From positions 32,001 to 96,000 of IMG/VR virus record IMGVR_UViG_3300021197_001635: a DNA stretch of 64,000 nt; one strand, 5' to 3'. The stretch comes from a virus. Shown here piece after piece: positions 1 to 9,767 of the stretch; the first letter of the stretch is position 1, and the number at the start of each line of letters is the position of its first letter. The translations under genes and the position numbers were made by a program. The notes under the pieces are model-generated. The model was not told where the DNA came from. It saw only the letters and a list, made by a program, of their open reading frames with translations, and ran no database searches.

Positions 1-8
1 TTAGACAC

Positions 9-1124
9 ATGATCAATAATGATAGAGGTCTCCTTTTATCACCCACTGGTTCTGGTAAAAGTCTAATAATATATGCTCTGATGAGATATTATTTGGATAT
101 CATACCTGAAGACAAAAAAGTGCTTATCATAGTCCCTACTACCTCTCTGGTCACACAGATGTACTCTGATTTTGAGGAGTATTCTGGGAATAATGGGTGG
201 TCGGTAACTAATAACTGCCACAAGGTCATGGCGGGTAAGGACAAAAGTCACATTGATAAGAGGGTCATTATCTCTACTTGGCAAAGCATCTATAAGATGG
301 ATACTAAATATTTCTCCTCTTATGGAGCCGTCTTCGGAGACGAATGCCATCTATTTAAGTCCAAATCCTTGACCACTATTATGTCTAAGATGGTTGATTG
401 TAAATATAGGATAGGGACTACTGGAACATTGGATGGTACTAAAGTACACAAGTTAGTGATAGAAGGTGCTTTCGGTCCAGTATATAAAGTCACTTCTACT
501 GAAGATCTAATCAAAAAGAACATATTATCTGAATTCGAGATAGACTGCATTCTACTCAAATACCCTGACGAGATGAGGAAAAGGGTGAAAAGAGTGACCT
601 ATCAGGAAGAGATAGATGAGATAGTATCATATGGCAAACGAAATGAGTTTATCTCAGATCTTGTAGAGAGTCTGAAAGGCAACACGCTGGTTCTATTCCA
701 GTATGTAGAAAAGCATGGGAAGCCTCTCCATAAAATGATAGAAGAACGATGTAATGACAAGAAAGTATTTTTTGTCTATGGGGGGACTGATACCGATGTG
801 AGAGAAGAGATAAGAAAGATTGTAGAGGGGGAAGATAATGCTGTCATTGTTGCCTCCTATGGGACCTTCTCCACTGGCATCTCTATTAGAAAACTGCACA
901 ATATCGTGTTCGCCTCCCCTTCTAAGAGCAGAATCAGAGTGCTACAGAGTATAGGAAGACAGCTTAGGAAATCGGACCAAAAAGACAAGGCTAGACTGTA
1001 TGATATATCAGATGAGATATGTTGGAAAAAATATAAAAATCATACCTTTAGGCATTATGAAGAGAGAATTAAAATATACGACTCCGAGAGATTTTCTTAC
1101 AGAAAAGTGATTATAAATATTTAA
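9..1124 (+). CDS. uvsW: UvsW-like SF2 DNA helicase (probably 5'-truncated by the window edge)
   Basis: Walker A SPTGSGKS, DECH box, QSIGRQLR motif VI; T4-like position upstream of gene 55. Confidence 0.93.
   Translation: MINNDRGLLLSPTGSGKSLIIYALMRYYLDIIPEDKKVLIIVPTTSLVTQMYSDFEEYSGNNGWSVTNNCHKVMAGKDKSHIDKRVIISTWQSIYKMDTKYFSSYGAVFGDECHLFKSKSLTTIMSKMVDCKYRIGTTGTLDGTKVHKLVIEGAFGPVYKVTSTEDLIKKNILSEFEIDCILLKYPDEMRKRVKRVTYQEEIDEIVSYGKRNEFISDLVESLKGNTLVLFQYVEKHGKPLHKMIEERCNDKKVFFVYGGTDTDVREEIRKIVEGEDNAVIVASYGTFSTGISIRKLHNIVFASPSKSRIRVLQSIGRQLRKSDQKDKARLYDISDEICWKKYKNHTFRHYEERIKIYDSERFSYRKVIINI
1112..1119 (+). promoter_or_regulatory. T4-type late promoter TATAAATA
   Basis: Exact TATAAATA followed by RBS AAGGAGG and ATG at 1139. 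Confidence 0.6.
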
Positions 1125-1138
1125 TGAAGGAGGTTTCT

Positions 1139-1720
1139 ATGAAAACGAACTCCAGAAAAGACAAGGGCTACAGAGTAATCAAGCTCACTACTGGTGACAA
1201 GATAATTGCCAAAATCATAGGATCCAATGAAAACAAATTGATGATAGATAGGCCCATGGTGATCAAAGGCATGGTCATGGGCGATATGCTAGGTGGGGTC
1301 CAAAAAGAATTTGTTATGCTCAATAAGTGGGCAGAATATTCTTCTGATGAGAGGATCAGCCTGTATAAGAAATTCGTTATGATAATCTACAAGCCTGACG
1401 ATGCACTATTTGATATGTATGATAAGGCTAAGAAGCTCGAAGATTCTTATGACGAGTACACCGACAATCAAGATGCTGCTTTTTCTTCTGATGATTTGGA
1501 TGCCGACATCGATGCCATGATTGAAGAACATGGTTTGGAAGGTGTGGATGAAGAACACATACGCACCATCATGGACGGCGTTCTAGAGAATATCATTAAT
1601 AAACTCAACGATCCCGCCGAAGAATGGTCTGAGGAAGACATCGACAAGAGTAGGGAAGATTATGGTAATGATTTGGATGATTGGTCGCCTTACACGTCAG
1701 ACTACTTCGATGAGTTGTGA
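1139..1720 (+). CDS. Conserved T4-like hypothetical protein (Sm-like N-terminus, acidic tail)
   Basis: ORF with strong RBS (alternative start 1124); VIKLTTGDKIIA motif typical of the gene between uvsW and 55 in marine T4-like phages. Confidence 0.6.
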   Translation: MKTNSRKDKGYRVIKLTTGDKIIAKIIGSNENKLMIDRPMVIKGMVMGDMLGGVQKEFVMLNKWAEYSSDERISLYKKFVMIIYKPDDALFDMYDKAKKLEDSYDEYTDNQDAAFSSDDLDADIDAMIEEHGLEGVDEEHIRTIMDGVLENIINKLNDPAEEWSEEDIDKSREDYGNDLDDWSPYTSDYFDEL

Positions 1721-1789
1721 CGTTTCTTTTCTTTTGGCAACCAAGACACTGTATTTATCGAAGCCTGCAAGAATTTGTCAAGATATATA

Positions 1790-1818
1790 TTGACAAGGCA
1801 GTCTAAGTATGGTACAAT
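1790..1818 (+). promoter_or_regulatory. Sigma70-type early promoter
   Basis: TTGACA-17 nt-TACAAT with extended TG, upstream of gene 55. Confidence 0.8.
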
Positions 1819-1842
1819 GTATTAAACGATGGAGATTTCAGC

Positions 1843-2442
1843 ATGAGCAAAAAGAAAAAGTACAAGAAGAATCCAGCACACTACGTGGACAACAAGGAGT
1901 TCTACGATGCCTTGTGTGTATGGAAGGATGGAGTGGTAGAGGCTGATGATTGTGGAGAGCCTAGACCACCGATTCCAGACTATATTGGGGAATGCTTCCT
2001 CAAGATGGCAGAAGGTTTGTCCAGAAGGGCCTGCTTCATCAATTATGACTTCAGAGAAGAGATGGTAGGTGATGCAATCGAGAATTGCATACTTTATGCA
2101 CATAACTTCAAGAAGGAAGGCAAAAATCCCTTTGCCTACTTCACGCAGATGATGTATTATGCTTTTTTGAGAAGGATTCAAAAAGAAAAGAAGCAGATGT
2201 ATATAAAGTACAAACTAGTGGAACAAGACCCAGATCTTAGAAATTATATGAAGTGGGATGATAGGGATCCACATGAGAAGCTGAGTGTCCAGAAGCAGTT
2301 CAGACTGTCAGATAACGATGTTAGTAAGTTTGAACCAGCTGGAAAATCCAAGAAGAAGACTAAGAAGAAGGCTTCCAAGAAAAAGACCAAGAAGTCTAAC
2401 GGCAGTGGTGGTACTTTAGATTTTATCATGGAAGATAGTTGA
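1843..2442 (+). CDS. 55: gp55 late-transcription sigma factor
   Basis: HYVDNKEF, YIGECFLKMAEGLS, NPFAYFTQ..YYAFLRRIQKEKKQ motifs. Confidence 0.95.
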   Translation: MSKKKKYKKNPAHYVDNKEFYDALCVWKDGVVEADDCGEPRPPIPDYIGECFLKMAEGLSRRACFINYDFREEMVGDAIENCILYAHNFKKEGKNPFAYFTQMMYYAFLRRIQKEKKQMYIKYKLVEQDPDLRNYMKWDDRDPHEKLSVQKQFRLSDNDVSKFEPAGKSKKKTKKKASKKKTKKSNGSGGTLDFIMEDS

Positions 2443-3500
2443 TGAAGGTAGCAATCGTAACGGATACACACTTCGGCATCAGAAATGATTCCCAACTGTT
2501 CTTAGATCACTTCGTGGAGTTTTTCAAAGAGGATTTCTTTCCTGCTTTGCGAAGATATGATATCGATACAGTTATCCATGCTGGTGATCTGTTGGACAGA
2601 AGGAAGTTCGTGAACTTCAATACACTTTCATGTGTCAGAGAGAACTTCATGGAGCCTCTAAAAGAGATGGGTGTCACAGTGCATTGCATCTTGGGTAATC
2701 ACGACACCTATTACAAGAATACTAATGATCTCAACTCTATTAAAGAGTTGTTCGGTGATAGGTATGACAATTTTCATCTCTATGAGAAGCCCACAGTGAT
2801 CGATCTAGAGGGGTTTGAGGTAGCGATGCTTCCTTGGATTAACAAAGAGAACCACGACGATAGCATGAAATTCATAGATAGCACTAAGGCTGAGTGGTTG
2901 ATAGGTCATCTGGAATTAGACGGGTATGAGGTCCTAAGAGGCATTAAATATGATGGTGGTACAGACCCCAGAATTTTCGAGAGATTTGAACAAGTTCTCA
3001 CTGGGCATTTCCATTGCAAGCAAGAAGACAAGAATATTATCTATCTGGGAGCACCATACCAGATGACCTTCGCAAGTGTCAACGAGGTTAAAGGATTCTG
3101 GATTTTAGATACTGAAACCAGAGAGCTTGAATTCATTGAAAATGACAGAAAGATGTTCCACAACATCATGTATGATGACTCTAAGAGGGATTATACCAAG
3201 TTCATTTCTAAGAAGCATCCTCAATACAAAGACACCTACGTTAAGATATATGTGAACAACAAGACTCAGCCCTATATACTTGACAGGGTGATCGATTGCT
3301 TGTATAATAGTGGTGTATACGATCTAACCGTGATAGAAGACAGTATAGAGATAGGTGAGGATAATTCCAGTAAGGCAGATGTTACCAAGACCACCTTGGA
3401 ACTGATTTATGAAGAAGTAGATGGGATCAAGGATCTAGAAGATTCCACCAAGATTAAGGATCTGATCCATGAATTATACATGGAATCTATGAAGGTTTAA
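2442..3500 (+). CDS. 47: gp47 recombination endonuclease subunit (Mre11/SbcD-like)
   Basis: DTHFG, GDLLD, GNHD, GHFH metallophosphoesterase motifs; synteny. Confidence 0.95.
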   Translation: MKVAIVTDTHFGIRNDSQLFLDHFVEFFKEDFFPALRRYDIDTVIHAGDLLDRRKFVNFNTLSCVRENFMEPLKEMGVTVHCILGNHDTYYKNTNDLNSIKELFGDRYDNFHLYEKPTVIDLEGFEVAMLPWINKENHDDSMKFIDSTKAEWLIGHLELDGYEVLRGIKYDGGTDPRIFERFEQVLTGHFHCKQEDKNIIYLGAPYQMTFASVNEVKGFWILDTETRELEFIENDRKMFHNIMYDDSKRDYTKFISKKHPQYKDTYVKIYVNNKTQPYILDRVIDCLYNSGVYDLTVIEDSIEIGEDNSSKADVTKTTLELIYEEVDGIKDLEDSTKIKDLIHELYMESMKV

Positions 3501-3501
3501 T

Positions 3502-3741
3502 ATGAGCAAATATAGAATACATATAGATATGCCATTGGGTACAGACCAAGAAGAGGCACTGTCTAAGATAAAGAGTGTGATGGGTCATTGTATATCAGAA
3601 GAGGTTGATTTTTTTAGAAGCATAGGCATCGATAAAATCGGCATTAGGCTTGGTCATGATGATGACAGACAAAAATCCAACTACCTGAATATAAACGATA
3701 ACGGTCATGTGTCTAATAAAAAGACCATGATAGATATATGA
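3502..3741 (+). CDS. Hypothetical protein
   Basis: 79-aa ORF tightly packed after gene 47. Confidence 0.55.
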   Translation: MSKYRIHIDMPLGTDQEEALSKIKSVMGHCISEEVDFFRSIGIDKIGIRLGHDDDRQKSNYLNINDNGHVSNKKTMIDI

Positions 3742-3746
3742 TTTAT

Positions 3747-3819
3747 GGGACGGAAGCGGATGGCATCAGCAGCATCGCTTATAACGATGTTTTCGTGAGT
3801 TCGAGTCTCACTCGTCCTA
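3747..3819 (+). tRNA. tRNA-Ile(UAU)
   Basis: Acceptor GGGACGG/TCGTCCT, anticodon arm CATCG-CTTATAA-CGATG, T arm GTGAG-TTCGAGT-CTCAC; A at position 8; no encoded CCA. Confidence 0.85.
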
Positions 3820-3845
3820 TTGAGTGAAAGTCTAGGAGATTTATT

Positions 3846-5306
3846 ATGAGCAACAGTGTGACACCTTTTTATACCTCACCATTCATGACTAGGTATGCCT
3901 CTAAAGAAATGTCTTATATATGGTCTGACCATTATAAGATTTCGACTTGGAGAAAGTTATGGTGTTGTCTTGCACAAAGTCAGAGGGATGTGGGAATTGA
4001 TATTCCCCAGAAGATCATAGACAAGTTAGTAGACAATATCGACAATATTGACCACGACTCTATATCTAATCACGAAAAAACAACCAAACATGATGTGGTT
4101 GCCAACTTGTTCGCTTTCAGCGACTTGGTGGAAGGGTCTAAGCCTTATATCCATATGGGTGCTACAAGTCAATTCGTGGTAGATAACCAAGAATATTGTG
4201 CTTTAAGAGATTCTATGATAAGGATACTGGGCAAAACCGCCAAGGTGATATCGTCTATAGGCAGTTTTGCTTCTTCTTGGAAGGGAGTGCCAGTAGTCGG
4301 TATGACTCATCTGCAGACTGCCCAACCCACCACGGTTGGTAAAAGAGCATGTATGTGGGCGCAGGATTTTGTAATCGCCATTGAGGATATGGGCATTAAG
4401 ACTGATAACCTCAAGATGAGGGGAATCAAAGGAACGACTGGCACACTGTACTCCTTCTTGGAGATGTTTGAAGGTGATGAGTCTAGATTGTCTGATCTTG
4501 AATATGCTATATGTGATAGGATGGAATGTAAAAGGGAGAATTTGATAAAGATATGTGGTCAAACCCTACCTAGAATTCTAGATGCATCCCTTGTATCCTC
4601 TTTAGGACTAGCCGCCTCTGCGGCATATAAAATGTGTGGTGATATTAGGTTGCTTTGCTCTAGGGGTGAGATGATTATCACCAAGGACACCAACCAGATA
4701 GGATCGTCTGCCATGCCTTATAAAAACAACCCAATAGCGGCAGAGAAGGTTTGTTCTCTTTCTAGACACATTATATCTATGATTCAAGAGCCTTATTATA
4801 CTGCTGCCAACCAATGGTTGGAGAGGAGTCTAGATGATTCTGCTGGAAAAAGAATTTATATCCCAGAGATGTTCTTGTGTTTGGACGAGGTATTGGATAC
4901 ATGTATAAACCTATTTGAGGGTATGATACCCAATCTAGATGTATGTAATAATAACTACAATGATAGCAAGCCATTATTCATATCTGAAGATTTAATACTA
5001 GAGGCTATCAAGAAGAATGATTCAGACAGAGATAGCATGTATACTTACATTAGCGAGTGTTATGTTAATTCCAATACTAATGGGAATATTGACGTTGATA
5101 GACTTGTCAACTTGATCTCTGGTGAGATCTCTTCTAAATCAACGGTTAACAGAGAAGCATCAATGTTTGATGGTATTGATGTGAGAGAATTCTACGAGAG
5201 CAGGATGGATAAAGACTACACTGGTATGTCGGAGTCCCAGACTGAAGACTATACTGATAATGTGATATCCCAAATAAGAGACCATTACTTGGTCGAAGGG
5301 GCATAA
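3846..5306 (+). CDS. purB: Adenylosuccinate lyase
   Basis: RYASKEM, HDVVA, HMGATS, THLQTAQPTTVGKR and fumarase-family signature GSSAMPYKNNP. Confidence 0.93.
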   Translation: MSNSVTPFYTSPFMTRYASKEMSYIWSDHYKISTWRKLWCCLAQSQRDVGIDIPQKIIDKLVDNIDNIDHDSISNHEKTTKHDVVANLFAFSDLVEGSKPYIHMGATSQFVVDNQEYCALRDSMIRILGKTAKVISSIGSFASSWKGVPVVGMTHLQTAQPTTVGKRACMWAQDFVIAIEDMGIKTDNLKMRGIKGTTGTLYSFLEMFEGDESRLSDLEYAICDRMECKRENLIKICGQTLPRILDASLVSSLGLAASAAYKMCGDIRLLCSRGEMIITKDTNQIGSSAMPYKNNPIAAEKVCSLSRHIISMIQEPYYTAANQWLERSLDDSAGKRIYIPEMFLCLDEVLDTCINLFEGMIPNLDVCNNNYNDSKPLFISEDLILEAIKKNDSDRDSMYTYISECYVNSNTNGNIDVDRLVNLISGEISSKSTVNREASMFDGIDVREFYESRMDKDYTGMSESQTEDYTDNVISQIRDHYLVEGA

Positions 5307-7040
5307 ATGTTGATTTTTAGAGAGATACGGTGGAAGAATTTTTTATCCACTGGTAATAACTTCAATGAGGTGTATCTAGACAGATACGACACCACCTTGA
5401 TATCTGGTGACAATGGCTCTGGTAAGTCTACGATGTTAGATGCTATTACCTTTGCCTTGTATGGTAAATCCTTCAGGGGTATTAATATTAAAAATCTGGT
5501 TAACAGTGTCAACGATAACGAATGTTTGGTAGAGATAGAGTTCACCATCAATAGACACGACTATAAGGTAAGAAGGGGCATTAAACCCAAGGTCTTTGAG
5601 ATCTTCAAAGATGGATCAATGATGCCCCAAAATGCTACTGTCAAAGATTATCAAAATGTACTGGAAGAACAGATACTCAAGATGTCTTATAAGGCCTTTT
5701 GTCAGGTGGTATTATTAGGATCTTCCAGTTATATACCATTCATGAAGTTGCCTAATAAGGACAGGAAGATAATTGTAGAAGATCTCTTGGATATTAATAT
5801 ATTTTCGATTATGAACAATCTAATAAAGGCTAGATGCTCTGTCAACAAAGATCAGATAGCGATCCTATCCAATAAGACTGGTATCCTTAAAAACAAGATA
5901 GAGAATCACGAGAGGCTGATAGAGAGAATCAAAAGGAAATCTAAGGAATCGTCTGAAGGTTATCAAGAAGAGATAGACAACACCAAATCCCAGATAGAGT
6001 CTATAGAAGGAGAGATCAATAAAATCAGATCTGAGATTTCTGATCATCTGTCCTCTATTCAGGATTCCGATAAGTCTTTCAACCGACTAAACAAAATGGA
6101 GTCAGTTGATAACCAGTTGAAGAAAAATATAAAGAAGATCAAGAAAGAGATAGACTTTTACAAAGAGAACGACAGTTGTCCCTCTTGTCATCAGGATATT
6201 ACTAGCGACCATAAAAGCAAGCAGGTATCCCTCAAGGGGGAGAAACTAGACGAGATAGAAAAGGCTATAGATTCCATATCAGATAATATATCATCTATAG
6301 AAGAGGAAGTCAGCAGAATCAATAGAGTTAACAATTTGGTCTCTGACCTAGAGTCTGAGATATCAGACAAAAAGAGCACACTTAAGGCATGTGACATTTA
6401 TGTTGATAAGATGCAGAACAGCATAGAGGCATTGGAGTCTGATGTGGGAGAGTTGGAAAAAGAAGAGGAAATGCTAACGTCTACTAGTAAAGAATATAAA
6501 AAGTTCGATGACAAAATGCGGGGATTAGTAGAGGACAGGACTGATTTAGAAATAGTGGGTGGTCTGATGAGAGATACTGGTATCAAATCAAAGATAATAG
6601 GGTATTATCTACCAGTGATGAATAGACTAATCAACCAATACCTTTCCTCTATGGACTTTTTTTGTCAATTCACCCTCGATGAGAATTTCGATGAAACTAT
6701 CAAGAGTAGGTTCAGAGATGACTTCAGTTATCATAACTTCAGCGAGGGGGAAAGACTTAGGATAGACCTTTCTCTGCTATTGGCATGGAGAGAAATCGCT
6801 AGATTGAAAAACAGTGTGAACTGCAATCTATTGCTACTGGACGAGGTTTTTGATTCTAGCCTAGATGCAGTCGGAACTGAAGAATTCCTTAAGATTTTAG
6901 GTAGTCTAGGGAAGAAGGCTAATGTGTTCGTAATTACCCATAAAACTGATCAACTAATCGATAAATTCGACAATAACCTTCATTTCACCAAGAAGGGCAA
7001 TTTCAGCAGCATGACCTTTAGGATGCATAAAGATGCCTAA
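5307..7040 (+). CDS. 46: gp46 recombination ATPase (Rad50/SbcC-like)
   Basis: WKNFLSTGN, GDNGSGKST, CPSC zinc hook, FSEGE signature, LLLLDEVFD. Confidence 0.96.
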   Translation: MLIFREIRWKNFLSTGNNFNEVYLDRYDTTLISGDNGSGKSTMLDAITFALYGKSFRGINIKNLVNSVNDNECLVEIEFTINRHDYKVRRGIKPKVFEIFKDGSMMPQNATVKDYQNVLEEQILKMSYKAFCQVVLLGSSSYIPFMKLPNKDRKIIVEDLLDINIFSIMNNLIKARCSVNKDQIAILSNKTGILKNKIENHERLIERIKRKSKESSEGYQEEIDNTKSQIESIEGEINKIRSEISDHLSSIQDSDKSFNRLNKMESVDNQLKKNIKKIKKEIDFYKENDSCPSCHQDITSDHKSKQVSLKGEKLDEIEKAIDSISDNISSIEEEVSRINRVNNLVSDLESEISDKKSTLKACDIYVDKMQNSIEALESDVGELEKEEEMLTSTSKEYKKFDDKMRGLVEDRTDLEIVGGLMRDTGIKSKIIGYYLPVMNRLINQYLSSMDFFCQFTLDENFDETIKSRFRDDFSYHNFSEGERLRIDLSLLLAWREIARLKNSVNCNLLLLDEVFDSSLDAVGTEEFLKILGSLGKKANVFVITHKTDQLIDKFDNNLHFTKKGNFSSMTFRMHKDA

Positions 7041-8631
7041 TAAATTTTACGAGAAGAATACCCATATCTTAAAATCGCATGTCAATATCACCTATGAGGA
7101 ATTGGTTAGCCTTAGTGATGAAGAATTCGTAGAATGGGTGAAAGAGATGAGGAAGGAAATCCTCAGGATATGGGACGATTATAACATACCCCCTAGATCT
7201 GGTGGTAAATCGGAGCAGGAGATCACATCACAATTCAACAAAATGAGCGAATACTCCATCAATAAGTTTATCTACACTGATGCCTTGGAGGACCAAGAGG
7301 ATGACACGATATTGAACACTTCGGGTCTGGGTGTAGAAGCAGACCAGTGGTTTGACAACATGTATAAGACCAGAATCAATAGGTCTGATAAGGATGATGG
7401 TCATTCTGTTTATGACTTGTTTAATGACGATCAATACCTAGACAGTGTTGTCAAAAGATCACATAGGCACTTCAGGAGGGACGGCTTCTACCTTCACGCA
7501 CAGTCGATCAAGAAGAATGACAAGAAGTCTGGTTTAGTATCTGTATCCAATGCTAAAGAATGGATGGAAGCCTTTATAAATAATGAAAAGATATTTAAGA
7601 ACCACGATTTCATCCTAGAAGAGGTAAAACCCCCCACTGGAATGAATGCTGGTTATTTTCAGTTGGATGAGACTGATTTGTTGCACTTGACGAAAGAAGA
7701 GGTAGAATATTACAATGATCGAGGAATTTTACAACATCGCCATACTTCTAATATTGATCTGTCTAGCCTTGATGCCAGACGACTCTATAGAATAAGACTA
7801 TATGAAAAAGGGAGGAGTATCTTCCCCAAAGGATTTATTCCCTTCAGGATTGGTTATATCCAACCTGCTGTCAACTTCCCTCCCATGACTGCTAAATATC
7901 TATATGAGAGATTCACAAATCATATCAAAAATCAAGACGTTATTAATATATACGACCCTTCTTCTGGTTGGGGTGGTAGGATACTCGGTGCTATGTCTGT
8001 CAGGGATGATCGCAGGGTTCATTATGTTGGTACTGACCCTAATCCTGATAACTTCTACAATGATTTTAATAACAGCAAGTATGCTGATCTCGCTGATTTT
8101 TACAATACCAAGACTTATAGGGGAAATCCTTTCTTTTCCCATACCAATTCTTATGAGATTTTTAATGAATGCTCAGAAGAGATTGGGGATAACCCCGATT
8201 TCAGAAAATATAGAGGAAGAATCGACCTCATATTCACTTCGCCGCCTTATTTCAACAGAGAGGCATATAGCGAAGATCCTAAGCAATCGTACAAAAAGTA
8301 CGGGTCGTCTTATGAATCATGGAAAGAAGGATTTTTGAGACCCACACTTGAGACGTGCTATGAGTTCCTGAAGGAGGATAGATATCTTTTGTGGAACATA
8401 GCCGACCTCAGGATGGCTAACAAAGAATATTTGCCCCTAGAGCAAGACTCGGTTGATATACTGGAGTCTTTGGGCATGGAATATGTTATGACTTTTAAAA
8501 TGGCTCAGGTTGGTATGCCTGGCTCTAATAGGTTGACTGAAGATGGGAAGCCACATGTAAAGAATTTTTGCCTGATAGGGGAAAAATACTACAAGTACGA
8601 GCCAGTGTTCGTATTCAGGAAGGGGGGTTGA
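7033..8631 (+). CDS. DNA amino-methyltransferase (N4-C/N6-A class)
   Basis: SAM-binding YDPSSGWGGR and catalytic FTSPPYF motifs. Confidence 0.8.
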   Translation: MPNKFYEKNTHILKSHVNITYEELVSLSDEEFVEWVKEMRKEILRIWDDYNIPPRSGGKSEQEITSQFNKMSEYSINKFIYTDALEDQEDDTILNTSGLGVEADQWFDNMYKTRINRSDKDDGHSVYDLFNDDQYLDSVVKRSHRHFRRDGFYLHAQSIKKNDKKSGLVSVSNAKEWMEAFINNEKIFKNHDFILEEVKPPTGMNAGYFQLDETDLLHLTKEEVEYYNDRGILQHRHTSNIDLSSLDARRLYRIRLYEKGRSIFPKGFIPFRIGYIQPAVNFPPMTAKYLYERFTNHIKNQDVINIYDPSSGWGGRILGAMSVRDDRRVHYVGTDPNPDNFYNDFNNSKYADLADFYNTKTYRGNPFFSHTNSYEIFNECSEEIGDNPDFRKYRGRIDLIFTSPPYFNREAYSEDPKQSYKKYGSSYESWKEGFLRPTLETCYEFLKEDRYLLWNIADLRMANKEYLPLEQDSVDILESLGMEYVMTFKMAQVGMPGSNRLTEDGKPHVKNFCLIGEKYYKYEPVFVFRKGG

Positions 8632-8656
8632 CGCATTTCAGCCTCTATGGTATAAT
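8628..8656 (+). promoter_or_regulatory. Sigma70-type early promoter, probably leaderless transcript
   Basis: TTGACG-17 nt-TATAAT with extended TG; ATG follows 6 nt after the -10 box. Confidence 0.8.
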
Positions 8657-8662
8657 GGTATT

Positions 8663-9766
8663 ATGAAATTCAAAAGACTAAAACTGCATGGTGTTGATGA
8701 ACCACTTACAGACTGGAGCAAGCTTAATAGCGAGAGCGACAGGGAGTGGGCATGGTTAAAAAATATGTATTGGTATAGGCTTCATTCTAATATCAAGCAG
8801 CAAAAATCTTGGATCAACAACTATCTAAAGGGTCAAGGATTAGATCCCAAAGAATATAATAGCGGTAAGAAGAGAATGTATGAGGGTGCTGGCGGTTTAT
8901 GTAGGATTCTAGAGACTGGGTGTCCTGAAGACTATAAGCTGATTAATCTCCTCAAGATGCTATTGAACCAGATCAAAGATGAAAGCAAGCGATCTTCAGC
9001 AGTTGCTAAGGCTAGTGCTAAGAGAAGCAAGAAGACTGTGCCCATTAAGGAAAGGATGGATGACCAGTTGTCCGAGTATATGGACGAGATCAATAGAGCG
9101 ATAGACATCTTCACTGGAAATTCCAAAATCAAGAAGAAGGAATGGTTCAGTATTGGAAAGTGGTTGTCTGACAACAAGGTCAAGTCAACCCAGACGATGG
9201 CGATTCTCAAGGAGATCAAGCCTGTCTATAATGAAGTATCTTCTGCTTATAATAACGAAGACGATCAACTAGCAGAAGCCTACGATTTCATGCGTAAGTC
9301 TCATCTTCATAAATTCGTAGAATTTCTAGACGTGATGGTAAAAGAGACCAATCAGCATTTAAAGAAGGTAAAACCCAAGAGACCTTCACGAAAGACTAAT
9401 CCTGAGTCTGCTGTGAAGAGACTCCCCTTCAAGAAGAGCAGCGACGAATTCGGTGTTGATTCAATAGACCCCACAGAGATACTGGGTTGTACCACCCTGT
9501 TCGTATACAATGAAACTAGTAGACTTATATGCATCTACAAGTCGTTCGACAACAATGGTGGTCTTTCTGTGAAAGGTGCATCGATCACTCATTTCGATCC
9601 TGCTAAGTCTTTCGTGAAAAAATGCAGGAATCCCAAGCATACCATTCGAATGATAGGCAGACTTAACAAGAAGCATGCAATAGAGCATGTTGAAAATATC
9701 AAGACGGTAAAGAAGCCTGTCAGACCCAGAATTAACAAGAATTGCATCATTTTGAGGGCATTTTAA
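8663..9766 (+). CDS. Conserved T4-like hypothetical protein upstream of rnh
   Basis: 367-aa ORF; DDQLAEAY, SIDPTEILG, LSVKGASI, PRINKNCIILR features recur in this position in marine T4-like phages. Confidence 0.65.
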   Translation: MKFKRLKLHGVDEPLTDWSKLNSESDREWAWLKNMYWYRLHSNIKQQKSWINNYLKGQGLDPKEYNSGKKRMYEGAGGLCRILETGCPEDYKLINLLKMLLNQIKDESKRSSAVAKASAKRSKKTVPIKERMDDQLSEYMDEINRAIDIFTGNSKIKKKEWFSIGKWLSDNKVKSTQTMAILKEIKPVYNEVSSAYNNEDDQLAEAYDFMRKSHLHKFVEFLDVMVKETNQHLKKVKPKRPSRKTNPESAVKRLPFKKSSDEFGVDSIDPTEILGCTTLFVYNETSRLICIYKSFDNNGGLSVKGASITHFDPAKSFVKKCRNPKHTIRMIGRLNKKHAIEHVENIKTVKKPVRPRINKNCIILRAF

Positions 9767-9767
9767 T

